A stretch of 64,000 nt of DNA. Source: Minisyncoccia bacterium (GTDB taxonomy: Bacteria; Patescibacteriota; Minisyncoccia; Phycocordibacterales; UBA918). Made by a program: the position numbers and the translations under genes. The number at the start of each line of letters is the position of its first letter. Positions within the stretch are counted from its first letter, which is position 1. The stretch is from contig JBKJIT010000003.1 of assembly GCA_046598345.1 (NCBI GenBank), positions 5,089-69,088 of the forward strand. Direction: 5' to 3'. Shown piece after piece: positions 44,282-53,865 of the stretch. Below the pieces are notes generated by a model, which was not told the origin of the DNA, made no database searches, and saw only the letters and a program-made list of their open reading frames with translations.

Positions 44282-45808
44282 CTATATTTTCACCCGATAC
44301 TGAAGGGCTTCGAGTACATGCTCTGATGTAAGCTCCTCATCCCCTTCGAGATCTCCGATTGTGCGAGCTACTTTAATAAGTCTGTGGTAGCTTCGGGGCG
44401 AAAGTTTCATTTTTTCCGCTGATTGACGAAGGAGCGCTCGAACGGTATCGGAAAGGACGATCCGGTCTTCAATGTCGCGAGAGGACATTTCTCCATTTGT
44501 TTGGACACCAAGCCCCTTAAGACGTTCTCGTTGCATCTTTCGAGCTTTAAGGATTTGCTCTCGTACCAATTCCGTTTCTCCGGGCTTTTCTTCTTTTACT
44601 TTATCTCGAACGCGCGTAAGCGTATCAAAATCAACGTGTGGTACAGGAAGCCAAAGGTCGATGCGATCGAGGATAGGTCCAGAAATCTTTTGCTTATATG
44701 TGGTGATCATCTGTGCGGCGTAATCACCTCCCTCATCTCCACCTCGAGTCGGGTTCATTGCAGCAATTAAAATAAAGTCTGCAGGGAAAAGTGCTGAGGA
44801 ATGGACTCGCGAGATCGTCACGACCTTGTCTTCCAGGGGTTGCCGGAGCGCATCAATACTTCGTCGTTCAAATTCTGGAAATTCATCAAGAAAGAGTACG
44901 CCTTTGTGAGCGAGCGTGACCTCCCCAGGCTTTGGGTGAGTACCTCCACCAACGAGCGAGGTGTGTGAGGCTGTGTGGTGGGGCGCACGAAATGGCGGAC
45001 GTGACGAAATGCGTTCCCCCGTACCCGCGACCGAGTGAATCGCGGTGACTTCAAGTGCTTCCTCAACGGAAAGCGGCGGCAGGATACTTTGAAATGCACG
45101 CGCGAGCATTGTCTTCCCTGTACCTGGTGGACCAACCATGATGATATTGTGCCGCCCTGCCGCCGCGATCATGAGTCCACGCTTTGCAGTTTCCTGACCC
45201 CTAATATCTTCGAGGCGAAGCGCGCTTTCGTCCCAGATCGTCTCAATTTGTGTGGGTGGTTGTGCAGCCAGAGGTTGATGGTCGTCTCGTTTGTGGTCGA
45301 GATGTCGAATGACTTCACCAAGCGTACGGGCTGGTGTCGTAATGATATCCGGAATAAGCGCAGATTCTTCAGCATTTTCATGTGGCACAATCACCTCGGT
45401 AAATCCTCGTCGCATAGCCTCTCGCACAATTGGAAGTACGCCGCGCACCCTCCGGAGTGTGCCATCCAGTGCAAGTTCCCCAATAAGGAGACAGGTGGGC
45501 GAAACGGGCGCCATGTCTTCGTTTGCAACGAGGTACGCGATCGCAATAGGAAGGTCAAAGAGTGGTCCTTCTTTTTTAAGATCAGCGGGCGCGAGCGAAA
45601 TAATGACTTTGTGATTTTCACTCTTCGGGGAACTGAATCCAGAATTTTTAATAGCACTTGAAACACGATCTTCAGCCTCCTCTACCGCTTTGCCCGGAAG
45701 TCCAACAATTGAAAATGAATACAGACCTCGCGAGAGGTCTGCTTCGATAGTTACAATGTCTCCCCCGGTGACGGAAGGTTGTGCAGCATGTACTCGTGCA
45801 ACAGCCAT
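44282..45808 (-). CDS. YifB/ComM-family Mg-chelatase-like AAA+ ATPase
   Basis: N-terminal Lon-like domain SFSIVGLPGKAVEEAEDRVSSAIKNSGF, Walker A GPPGTGKT. Confidence 0.85.
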   Translation of the reverse strand: MAVARVHAAQPSVTGGDIVTIEADLSRGLYSFSIVGLPGKAVEEAEDRVSSAIKNSGFSSPKSENHKVIISLAPADLKKEGPLFDLPIAIAYLVANEDMAPVSPTCLLIGELALDGTLRRVRGVLPIVREAMRRGFTEVIVPHENAEESALIPDIITTPARTLGEVIRHLDHKRDDHQPLAAQPPTQIETIWDESALRLEDIRGQETAKRGLMIAAAGRHNIIMVGPPGTGKTMLARAFQSILPPLSVEEALEVTAIHSVAGTGERISSRPPFRAPHHTASHTSLVGGGTHPKPGEVTLAHKGVLFLDEFPEFERRSIDALRQPLEDKVVTISRVHSSALFPADFILIAAMNPTRGGDEGGDYAAQMITTYKQKISGPILDRIDLWLPVPHVDFDTLTRVRDKVKEEKPGETELVREQILKARKMQRERLKGLGVQTNGEMSSRDIEDRIVLSDTVRALLRQSAEKMKLSPRSYHRLIKVARTIGDLEGDEELTSEHVLEALQYRVKI

Positions 45809-45817
45809 AGAAAGAAA

Positions 45818-46195
45818 TTAGAGGGGTAAGGTTGTTTCGTCATTCATGTGGGCTTTGTCGGTTCGCGCTTCTGGGCTCACGAGAAGACGATCTTCTTCAA
45901 CCTCGCTTCCACAAACCTCGCAGGCGCCATACGTTCCTTCCTCAATTTTTCGGAGCGCACGCTGGATGTTGTTGTATTGGACTTCGAGTGTTGCGACAAG
46001 TCCCCGTCGTTCATCCCAATCTTCCGCCACGTCAGCAACAAGATCGACATCAGCTTCATTTGCGTCGACACCTTCAGGCACAGCAATCCAATCTTGAGGA
46101 TTATCGGGGTTATGAATACCTACGGTCTTAAGTTCTTCGGTAATATTTACGAGTAGCACCTCAAGCTTCGCCTTATATGTTTGTGTATCCATCAT
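45818..46195 (-). CDS. DksA/TraR-family C4-type zinc-finger protein
   Basis: YGACEVCGSEVEEDRL C-terminal motif. Confidence 0.5.
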   Translation of the reverse strand: MMDTQTYKAKLEVLLVNITEELKTVGIHNPDNPQDWIAVPEGVDANEADVDLVADVAEDWDERRGLVATLEVQYNNIQRALRKIEEGTYGACEVCGSEVEEDRLLVSPEARTDKAHMNDETTLPL

Positions 46196-46216
46196 TTTTC
46201 GAGTATACCACGAATT

Positions 46217-48058
46217 TTATTCACCTAATTGCCCAAGAATTACCGAAAGTGCCTCACTTGAAGTGGTAATCACCAGTGTCGTTTGGTTCACAAATGCGTA
46301 CACGATGCGCTCTCGCCCATCGGTACCATAGAGAATCCGAATGGCGGCATTCTGAGAAATAGCATCCACGAATCCCCGCGACGAGGCACTGCTCGGGTCA
46401 TTAGCTCCAAAAAATACTCCTAGGTCAGCTGCAATAAATGGCTCCCACGCAAGCATGCCGGCAAAGGCAACATCAAATGCATTTGAGCGCAGAACGATGT
46501 ATGGCTCATTTCGTGCTGACGTGGAAACGCTTCCGAGTGCCAAGTCGGCCTGAAGTGCGCGCCTCCAAGAACCTTCGGTATGCGGTGCTAGCACTTCCAT
46601 TATGGTTGCAGCGGTCGGGTCTTGGAAAGCATCAGTAAATTGAATGTGTGAAATTCCATCCCCGGCATTCGCAATTGCTTTCTGGAGGCTTGTCGTGAGC
46701 ACTGTGTTCGTAGTAGCCCACGAAACAGTCAGAGTTGTATCGGTGGTAAGAAGCGACGGTGAAGAAAGAGGTGTCGCTATGCTTGCAGGTTTCTCATGTG
46801 TATAGAGTGCCGCTCCAATCCCAGCAACCGCTCCAAGTATGACGAAAAACAAAATAAGAAAAACAGGAAAAAGACTTCTTCCGGGTTCGGGAGACGCTGC
46901 TGCGGTTGCCCTGCGTGCACGTACCGGCACTCGTGACGCGAGAGGCGAGGGCTCCATGACCGGTGGCGATGGAGGTAGTTCTTCAGGAATGGGCGCAATT
47001 GGTACGACTGGTTCTCTAGGAATCTCCTCTTCCACAGTAATTTCCTTCTGAATTTCATCGTGTATTTCATGTCTTTCAACTTCTGGTGCAGGTATCGGTG
47101 CAATTTCTTTCTCGGGCGTACTCCAACGAGTGTCAGTAATAATTTCCGCTACAGGAACGGGAGGAGGCACCGGATCTGGTTTTGAAAAAGTAAGCGGGGT
47201 TCTCGTGGTGACTTCCGGGGCAACGCCCGATTCCATCGCCCCGACGTTTAGGTGCCCCGAATTCATAGTTGGAGACGAAGTTGTTTTTACTGTCGGGGTT
47301 GGTGTCGTCGGTTTCGGAATCTCAGGTTTTCTTACGTACGCATCAATAGGTCGATCAATTTTTCGCTCAACTGCGGGGGCAACAGCAAACCCACGCATAT
47401 CGAGAGGCTGCTTTGTGAACACAGGAGCTGGTGAGTGCGGAGGTGTTTCTTTCTTTGGTATTGGTACGGGTATTGATTCTGGTTTCAGAGTTGGTGTGAT
47501 TGGCGCGCTCCACGTTGGGGTGCTCTGTGCAGATGGCTTTATGATTTGGTACGGCTTTCCGGTAATCTTTTCTGCATCATGGGAGAGCGTCTTTAGTTTT
47601 TCGACCACAACGGCGTGGTCATTGTGAGGCACCAAGGTTCCATGTTTAGTTGCTTCAGCAATTATTTCTTTCCGCTTTTCTGGGGGTGCCATCGTGGGCG
47701 CGGGAAGATCCACATACTCGATTTTTTCGAGAGTATCTTGGAATTTCGTAATCCATTCCTTTGCGGCGCCTTTTAGTGCTCCTCCCAAACCCATGTGATG
47801 GTGACGCTTGTCGGTAACTATCGTTCCACTCTCTACATGATCTTCCTGGAACATTTTTCCCACGTCAAACACATCGCTCTTGTTTGAAAGGATTGATTTT
47901 TGTTCTTGCCGCCCACCTCCTCCCGCCTTAAGCGGAGCGTGCATATTCAGCGTATCTGAATTACCTGTTGTGGCAGGTTTAAAGACGACCCCCATTCCTG
48001 GATTCGTTTCGCTGTGCCCTGCATCAGATTTTACCAGTGGGTCATCCTTCGGCATCAC
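46217..48058 (-). CDS. Proline/threonine-rich bitopic membrane protein (cytoplasmic Pro-rich N-region, one TM, extracytoplasmic C-domain)
   Basis: Long PxP repeats; TM LFPVFLILFFVILGAVAGIGAALY. Confidence 0.5.
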   Translation of the reverse strand: MMPKDDPLVKSDAGHSETNPGMGVVFKPATTGNSDTLNMHAPLKAGGGGRQEQKSILSNKSDVFDVGKMFQEDHVESGTIVTDKRHHHMGLGGALKGAAKEWITKFQDTLEKIEYVDLPAPTMAPPEKRKEIIAEATKHGTLVPHNDHAVVVEKLKTLSHDAEKITGKPYQIIKPSAQSTPTWSAPITPTLKPESIPVPIPKKETPPHSPAPVFTKQPLDMRGFAVAPAVERKIDRPIDAYVRKPEIPKPTTPTPTVKTTSSPTMNSGHLNVGAMESGVAPEVTTRTPLTFSKPDPVPPPVPVAEIITDTRWSTPEKEIAPIPAPEVERHEIHDEIQKEITVEEEIPREPVVPIAPIPEELPPSPPVMEPSPLASRVPVRARRATAAASPEPGRSLFPVFLILFFVILGAVAGIGAALYTHEKPASIATPLSSPSLLTTDTTLTVSWATTNTVLTTSLQKAIANAGDGISHIQFTDAFQDPTAATIMEVLAPHTEGSWRRALQADLALGSVSTSARNEPYIVLRSNAFDVAFAGMLAWEPFIAADLGVFFGANDPSSASSRGFVDAISQNAAIRILYGTDGRERIVYAFVNQTTLVITTSSEALSVILGQLGE

Positions 48059-48125
48059 ATAAGTATCTCATGCTTCATACAAAATCGCGTTCATATTTTG
48101 TGAACGCGATTTTGTAGCACGGAAA

Positions 48126-50267
48126 TTAGGCGATCGGTTTCCTCTCCGGCGCTTTGATTCCTTTCTTCTCTGCGAAATCTGGATCTGCCTTTTTAATGGA
48201 GAGGCCAATTTTTCCTTCTTCAATCTTTGAGACGACGACCGGGACGACCTCCCCCACTTTAAGGAGTCCCTCAACGGTGTCGAGGCGCCAGGACACAATT
48301 TCAGAAATGTGAACGAGTCCTTCCGTTGAGTCGTTAAGTTTTGCAAACGCACCGAAGGTCGCGATGCGTGTAATCGTTGCATCAAGTCGTTCACCAATTT
48401 CGAATACGCGGGTAATTGCTTTAATTCTCTCCAAGGCTCGTTCGGCTGAACCATCTTTCCCTGTTATGTAGACGGTACCATCGTCCTCGATGGTGATCTC
48501 ATCGACGCCCGTATCATCTTTGATGCCGTTAATGGTCTTCCCCCCACCTCCAATCACAAGACCAATTTGGCTTGGAAGAATGGTATGAACGAGAATTTTT
48601 GGCGCTCGGGGAGAAATATCAGGTCGTGGAGAAGCAATTTCTGCAATGAGCACGTCAAGAATTTGGAGTCGGGCGAGCCGCGCTTTTTCTAGTGCTTCTG
48701 CGAGAATTTGTACGGGTATTCCACCCACCTTCACGTCCATTTGAATCGCTGTAATACCTTTGGTTGTTCCTGCAACTTTAAAATCCATATCACCAAACTC
48801 ATCCTCTGGGCCTTGAATATCGGTGAGGAGGGCGTACTCACTTTCGCTTCGCATCATGAGTCCTGAAGCAATGCCGGCAACCGGGCGTGTAATCGGAACA
48901 CCCCCGTCCATAAGTGCGAGTGTTGATGCGCAGACGGATCCCATTGAGCTCGAGCCATTTGATGACATGGTTTCTGAAACAAGTCTCACGGTGTATGGGA
49001 ACACCTGCTTAGTCGGGAGTATGGGGAGGAGTGCTTTCTCAGCGAGCGCACCGTGTCCGATCATTCTGCGATTTTGTCCTCCGACGCGACCAGTCTCACC
49101 TACTGAGAATGGTGGAAAGTTATAGTGGTGCATGAACTGCTTCTTCGTATCATTTTCTTCGATGGTGTCGAGTATCTGTGCATCATCTGGCCCACCGAGC
49201 GTAAGTGCAGTAAAAATGTGTGTTTCTCCGCGATAAAAAATACCGCTGCCATGAAGTACGGGAGAAATACCGCCCGCTTGTGCGTAGAGTTTGCGCACCT
49301 CATCCATGCCTCGTCCATCTGCACGCTTTCCGTCATCGATTGCGCCACGGTGAATCTCGGCATCAACTCCCTGCTCGAATAGGTCGCTTGCGTCAGTGGA
49401 CTCAGCCTCTGGAAGTCGTTCCTTCACGAGTGCCATCCATGAGTCCTTAAGTTCATAAATATGAGCCTTTCCAGAGCGGTTTGAGAACAGCGTTTCAGAA
49501 AGTTTTACTTTCATCTCAGTTTCAAAAAGCATCCGCATGTCGAGTGGAATTTCTTCAAGTCTCATTGCACGCTTCGCTTGTCCAATTTCTGCAATAATTT
49601 GCTTCTGGAATGCTTCGATTGCTGTATTGATAGTGGCCGCTTGTGTAAGTGCACTCAAAATCTCAGCTTCAGCAATTTCATTTCCGGCAGTTTCAATCAT
49701 GTTGATGCTGCCGTCTTTTCCGCACGCGAGTACTTCATAAGAGAGCACACCGTCTTCTCGCTCCTTATATGTTGGGTTGATGACAATAGCGCCCGTATCA
49801 TTTCGCTTACCAATACGTACTGCGCCGACGGGTCCTCCCCAAGAAATCGGAGAGGTGGCAAGCGCGAGTGATGCCCCGATAATGCCGAGTGTGTCCGGGT
49901 CATCTTCTCCCATTGCGAGCACGGTCACAATGACCTGTATTTCATTCCGAATTCGGTGATCAAAGAGTGGGCGAATCGTACGGTCAACAATGCGTGCAGA
50001 AAGTACTGCCCCGTCACTCGGCCGTCCTTCTCGTCGCATAAAGCGGCTTCCTAAAATCTGTCCGCTTGCATAAAATTTTTCCTCAAACTCAACAGAAAGT
50101 GGAAAATAGGAAAGTCCAGGATTTTCCCTGCCCATTACTGCTGTTACAAGAATCACCGTCTCCCCCATGCTGACCATTACGGAACCATGTGCTTGGTTCG
50201 TGAGGTCGTTAAATTCTGCAGTAAGTGTCTTCCCTCCAACTTCGTGTGTAAACGATCGTTTCTCCAT
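48126..50267 (-). CDS. pnp: Polyribonucleotide nucleotidyltransferase (PNPase)
   Basis: Two RNase PH domains + KH + S1, typical N-terminus. Confidence 0.9.
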   Translation of the reverse strand: MEKRSFTHEVGGKTLTAEFNDLTNQAHGSVMVSMGETVILVTAVMGRENPGLSYFPLSVEFEEKFYASGQILGSRFMRREGRPSDGAVLSARIVDRTIRPLFDHRIRNEIQVIVTVLAMGEDDPDTLGIIGASLALATSPISWGGPVGAVRIGKRNDTGAIVINPTYKEREDGVLSYEVLACGKDGSINMIETAGNEIAEAEILSALTQAATINTAIEAFQKQIIAEIGQAKRAMRLEEIPLDMRMLFETEMKVKLSETLFSNRSGKAHIYELKDSWMALVKERLPEAESTDASDLFEQGVDAEIHRGAIDDGKRADGRGMDEVRKLYAQAGGISPVLHGSGIFYRGETHIFTALTLGGPDDAQILDTIEENDTKKQFMHHYNFPPFSVGETGRVGGQNRRMIGHGALAEKALLPILPTKQVFPYTVRLVSETMSSNGSSSMGSVCASTLALMDGGVPITRPVAGIASGLMMRSESEYALLTDIQGPEDEFGDMDFKVAGTTKGITAIQMDVKVGGIPVQILAEALEKARLARLQILDVLIAEIASPRPDISPRAPKILVHTILPSQIGLVIGGGGKTINGIKDDTGVDEITIEDDGTVYITGKDGSAERALERIKAITRVFEIGERLDATITRIATFGAFAKLNDSTEGLVHISEIVSWRLDTVEGLLKVGEVVPVVVSKIEEGKIGLSIKKADPDFAEKKGIKAPERKPIA

Positions 50268-50394
50268 AAGTAAGTCATTTTATTGAACGATCCAGATTTC
50301 AGATTTCAAGTATGCTTGAAACCTACCTATCTAGATCGCACCTAATAACCCCCTGAGTGTATCAGAACTGGGAAAAATTTACATAAAGACAGTA

Positions 50395-50412
50395 TCCCGC
50401 GCGCTGAACTGG
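50395..50412. repeat. Direct repeat copy 1 GAACTGGAGGAGGTTCGA (context GCGCTGAACTGGAGGAGGTTCGAGC)
   Basis: About 21/25 identical to the copy at 51021-51045. Confidence 0.55.
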
Positions 50413-50490
50413 AGGAGGTTCGAGCCCGGTATTGCGTATAAAAAGAAACCGCTCGACGAGCGAGCGGCTCGTGGGGCGGGTGGATGTGGG

Positions 50491-50877
50491 TTAGGCGTCG
50501 TTGAATTGTTGCCAGAACTCCTTCCGAGTCTTGACCGGCTTCACGACTTCTGCCGAGTTGTGGTCGAAGAGGAACAGGGCGAACGGATGGTTTGGGAAAC
50601 CACCTTCCATCCAGTACTCGGCCGCTTCAGGTGACTTCTGCTGGAGTGCTTCAATCGCATGCGTCTGAAGCACGATGTAGCCGGGGTAGTCCGGAACTTC
50701 GAATCCAGTCTCCACGTCGAGGGTGCGGTCACCCTCATTGGGCGGTACCCCATCGTGCGTAAACATGCAGGGCACCTCGACCCCGATCCATTGCTCACGG
50801 ATTGAAAGAGGTGCACCACCACGGGGAACGGAAATAAGACGAATCGTTCCCAGGTCCTCCATTTGAATTTGCCTCAT
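50491..50877 (-). CDS. Hypothetical protein, GC-rich ORF of foreign-looking composition
   Basis: Start at MRQIQMEDLG. Own rho-independent terminator (CCGCTCGCTCGTCGAGCGG + TTTCTTTTT on minus) at 50440-50470. Confidence 0.45.
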   Translation of the reverse strand: MRQIQMEDLGTIRLISVPRGGAPLSIREQWIGVEVPCMFTHDGVPPNEGDRTLDVETGFEVPDYPGYIVLQTHAIEALQQKSPEAAEYWMEGGFPNHPFALFLFDHNSAEVVKPVKTRKEFWQQFNDA

Positions 50878-51025
50878 GACAAGACTCCCGAGGATGAACA
50901 CATGCCGACATAGGCAAGATGGGATAAGTAAACTTGAATAAGTGCTCGAAGTCAATCAGTTGTCGAACTCTATTCCGCACAAACGAAAATAACCCCAATA
51001 AATTGGTTATTTTCATTTGTGCGTC

Positions 51026-51043
51026 GAACTGGAGGCGGTTTGA
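51026..51043. repeat. Direct repeat copy 2 GAACTGGAGGCGGTTTGA, followed by 12-bp perfect palindrome TTTGAAACTCAT-GGG-ATGAGTTTCAAA (51037-51066). An 18-bp hairpin lies just upstream at 50977-51028.
   Basis: By inspection. Confidence 0.55.
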
Positions 51044-51159
51044 AACTCATGGGATGAGTTTCAAAGCTGTTCAGAGATAGTTTTCGAGTAAAGCGAAGAT
51101 AAATACCCTGAACGGGTACTGAACATGTAATGTTCGAACTTTTGTGCTCAGAAATTATA

Positions 51160-51729
51160 CTAAATTTTGTCAGTATCAGTTCCGACAATCTGCTGGATGT
51201 GTTTACGGAATTTGCCGGCGCCGCGGAAACCAATCAAAAATTCTCGTGGATTCTCATCCATATCAATGAAGTCGTCTACGGTTTCTCGAAGTCGTGAGGA
51301 GCTTGAGCGTCCAAACGCGATCGCTTCAACTTGGCAGCCATTCGAACGGACATATTCAACGAGTGGTACGAAGTCACCATCTCCCGTGGCGAGTACGATT
51401 GCATCGACTTTTTGGGAAAGCTTAATGGCATCAATAGCCATACCAACGTCCCAATCGGCTTTTTTTGCTCCCCCGTAAAAAATCTGGAGGTCTTTTGTCT
51501 TTACTTCGATACCAATTTTTTCAAGCGCTTCAAAGAATGACTGCTCTTCCCCACTTTCAGTGGTGACAACGTACGAAATCGCCCGCACGAGCTTACGGTC
51601 ACCAAGCGCAGCCTTTACGACTGCGTCGAAGTTTACTTTTGATTTATGAATATTTTTTGCACTGTGATAAAGGTTTTGTGTGTCAATAAAAATGGCGACA
51701 CGCTGTTCTGCATGTTTAATGATGGACAT
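51160..51729 (-). CDS. NYN-domain (LabA-like, PIN-like) protein
   Basis: VAIFIDTQNLYHS ... LATGDGDFVPLVEYVRSNGCQVEAIAFG. Confidence 0.7.
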   Translation of the reverse strand: MSIIKHAEQRVAIFIDTQNLYHSAKNIHKSKVNFDAVVKAALGDRKLVRAISYVVTTESGEEQSFFEALEKIGIEVKTKDLQIFYGGAKKADWDVGMAIDAIKLSQKVDAIVLATGDGDFVPLVEYVRSNGCQVEAIAFGRSSSSRLRETVDDFIDMDENPREFLIGFRGAGKFRKHIQQIVGTDTDKI

Positions 51730-51884
51730 AGTACATATGTAAAATAATAAATAGAATTCTGAAGCTACCTTCAGAAAAGTTTTAAAAGATCGTGTTCCTA
51801 CAGAACCAGTATACCAAAAAGCATTATGTGAGAAAAGTGAAGAAAAATACACGCGCTTCCTTTGGAAGCGCGTGTATTTTCTTG

Positions 51885-52148
51885 TTACTTAAGGCCAAGT
51901 TTCTTTACGAGGGACTTGTGTGCCTTCTCGTCATGGCGCTCGAGGTATTTGAGATGCTTCCGTCGGTCAGCGACCATTTGCAAGAGGCCTCGTCGTGAGT
52001 GAAAATCATTTCGATGCTTCTTTAGATGCTTTGAAAGCTCATCAATCTGCTTCGTGAGAAGCGCAACCTGAGCCTCAGGCGATCCAGTATCGCTGTCATG
52101 TCGTCGCACGTCTTTCAGTGCGTTCTCTTTCTTTCGTTTTGTAAGCAT
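51885..52148 (-). CDS. rpsO: 30S ribosomal protein S15
   Basis: 87 aa; GSPEAQVALLTKQI...HSRRGLLQMVADRRKHLKYL. Confidence 0.85.
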   Translation of the reverse strand: MLTKRKKENALKDVRRHDSDTGSPEAQVALLTKQIDELSKHLKKHRNDFHSRRGLLQMVADRRKHLKYLERHDEKAHKSLVKKLGLK

Positions 52149-52288
52149 GATGTTTTAAAAATGCGTCTGTATGTGCTAGATCATCACATAGACGCTGTTA
52201 GTACTAACCTGCGAAGGTTGTAACCACTCTACCACAAATTGACATACTTTGCAACCCCTCGTGTAATGAAGAATTTCATGGGTTCGGT

Positions 52289-53233
52289 GTGCGGTACAAT
52301 AGAGGTATGACGCTTACAGAACTCAAACGACAATTCCTTGAATACCTTGAAATTGAAAAAGGGCGAAGTATTCGCACTATAACGAACTACGATCACTACC
52401 TGACTCGATTTTTAGACTACGCAAAGACGGATTCCCCAGCGAAACTTACCGAAGAAATGGTTCGCGAGTACCGCCTGTGGCTGAATCGCCAACCGGGAAC
52501 AAAAACAGGGCGCCAGCAGGACACATTAAAGCGAAAAACTCAGAACTATTATCTGATTGCCCTTCGTGCATTTCTCAAATTTATGCGCAAGCGTGGCATC
52601 GAGTCTCTCAATCCGGAACGCATTGAGCTCGCGAAGGTGCCGGAGCGTTCGCTTGATCTCATTTCGCCCCAAGAACTAGGGCGTCTTATGGATGGGCCAG
52701 ACGTTCGCACGTTACCAGGGCTTCGTGACCGCGCCATGCTTGAGCTACTTTTTTCCACCGGCCTCCGTGTGTCAGAACTTTGTTCCCTTTCTCAAGAGGA
52801 TGTAGACCTCTCTCGTGACGAGTTTTCTATTCGTGGGAAGGGAGAGAAGATTCGCGTCGTGTTTCTCTCTGACACTGCGAAAGATGCGATTCGAGCGTAT
52901 CTCAAAGAACGAAAGGATTTTGATGATGCGATGTTTATTCAGTACGGAAAGAACGCTAAGCAGGCAGAGATACAAAATAAGGACTTACGGCTAACTCCTC
53001 GGAGTGTGCAACGGATCATGAAGCGCTACGCGACAATCGCCGGCATTACGAGGAAGGTAACCCCGCACGTCATCCGGCACAGTTTTGCTACAGACCTTCT
53101 TTCAAATGGTGCAGATCTCCGATCGGTGCAAGCGCTCCTTGGTCATGCACACATCGGAACGACGCAGGTGTATACGCATGTGACTGACAAGCATTTACGC
53201 GATATACATAAGAAATTCCACTCAAGGAAGTAA
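52289..53233 (+). CDS. Tyrosine recombinase XerC/XerD family
   Basis: R...HxxRHSFAT...LGH...Y catalytic motifs (HVIRHSFATDLL, LLGHAHIGTTQVYTHV). Start GTG 52289 or ATG 52307. Confidence 0.85.
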   Translation: MRYNRGMTLTELKRQFLEYLEIEKGRSIRTITNYDHYLTRFLDYAKTDSPAKLTEEMVREYRLWLNRQPGTKTGRQQDTLKRKTQNYYLIALRAFLKFMRKRGIESLNPERIELAKVPERSLDLISPQELGRLMDGPDVRTLPGLRDRAMLELLFSTGLRVSELCSLSQEDVDLSRDEFSIRGKGEKIRVVFLSDTAKDAIRAYLKERKDFDDAMFIQYGKNAKQAEIQNKDLRLTPRSVQRIMKRYATIAGITRKVTPHVIRHSFATDLLSNGADLRSVQALLGHAHIGTTQVYTHVTDKHLRDIHKKFHSRK

Positions 53234-53243
53234 GAAAATAAAA

Positions 53244-53274
53244 ACACCCGCGGCCTCCGGCCGCGGGTGTTTTG
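53244..53274. terminator. Terminator ACACCCGCGGCC-TCCG-GCCGCGGGTGT + T-run
   Basis: Perfect hairpin. Confidence 0.7.
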
Positions 53275-53290
53275 CGTTTCTGTGAGTGAG

Positions 53291-53803
53291 TTATTCAACA
53301 ATCAATTTTCCAACCATGCCGTTTGCGCGATGTTGTCCTATTGAGCAGTAGTACTCAAAGGTTCCTTTCTTGTCAGCAACAAAGGTTACGCTCGTGGTTC
53401 CGTCTGTTTGGACTTTCCCGGTGCGTGCATTAAATTCATCCACTACCCAATCATGGAATCCTCCCGTACTCGTGAAGTTAATCTTGACCGTGTCTCCTTC
53501 TTTCACCCGAATCTCCGCTTTGTCATAATCAAAGTTTTTTCCACTGATCTCAATTATCTTTGCATCAGCTGGTAAATCGGCGATTGGATATTCCATATTG
53601 ATGTCAGTTCCGGTTTCTCCACTCATGTCTGCTCCCTCGTGATCAGTTGGTTCTTCGTCAAGGGTTTCAGTGGTAATGGGTGTCGTGGACGTTGGGGTAA
53701 GGACGATTACTTCTTCAGTGGGAGCAGGTGTGCTCGTGCGCATAAAGAGAAATCCAACAACGAGAAGGACGAGGATGGTTATAACAATTGGTAATGGTTT
53801 CAT
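53291..53803 (-). CDS. Membrane-anchored cupredoxin-domain (type-1 blue copper-like) protein
   Basis: GGFHDW ... YYCSIGQHRANGM places His/Cys/His/Met ligands in cupredoxin spacing. N-terminal TM and Thr/Pro linker. Confidence 0.5.
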   Translation of the reverse strand: MKPLPIVITILVLLVVGFLFMRTSTPAPTEEVIVLTPTSTTPITTETLDEEPTDHEGADMSGETGTDINMEYPIADLPADAKIIEISGKNFDYDKAEIRVKEGDTVKINFTSTGGFHDWVVDEFNARTGKVQTDGTTSVTFVADKKGTFEYYCSIGQHRANGMVGKLIVE

Positions 53804-53865
53804 ACGTAAAAATACTTACGAGTAATTGAATCGATATTCTATCACAGTGACTGAAAATCTAGGTT

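Noticed and set aside
48068-48454. 128-aa Lys/Arg-rich ORF on the minus strand
   Set aside because: It overlaps the 3' end of pnp in a different frame and has no independent signals. It is a shadow ORF.
50395-50420. tRNA 3' half (GGTTCGAGCCC resembles a T-arm) as attachment site
   Set aside because: No complementary T-stem or acceptor stem can be formed. Treated as a plain direct repeat.
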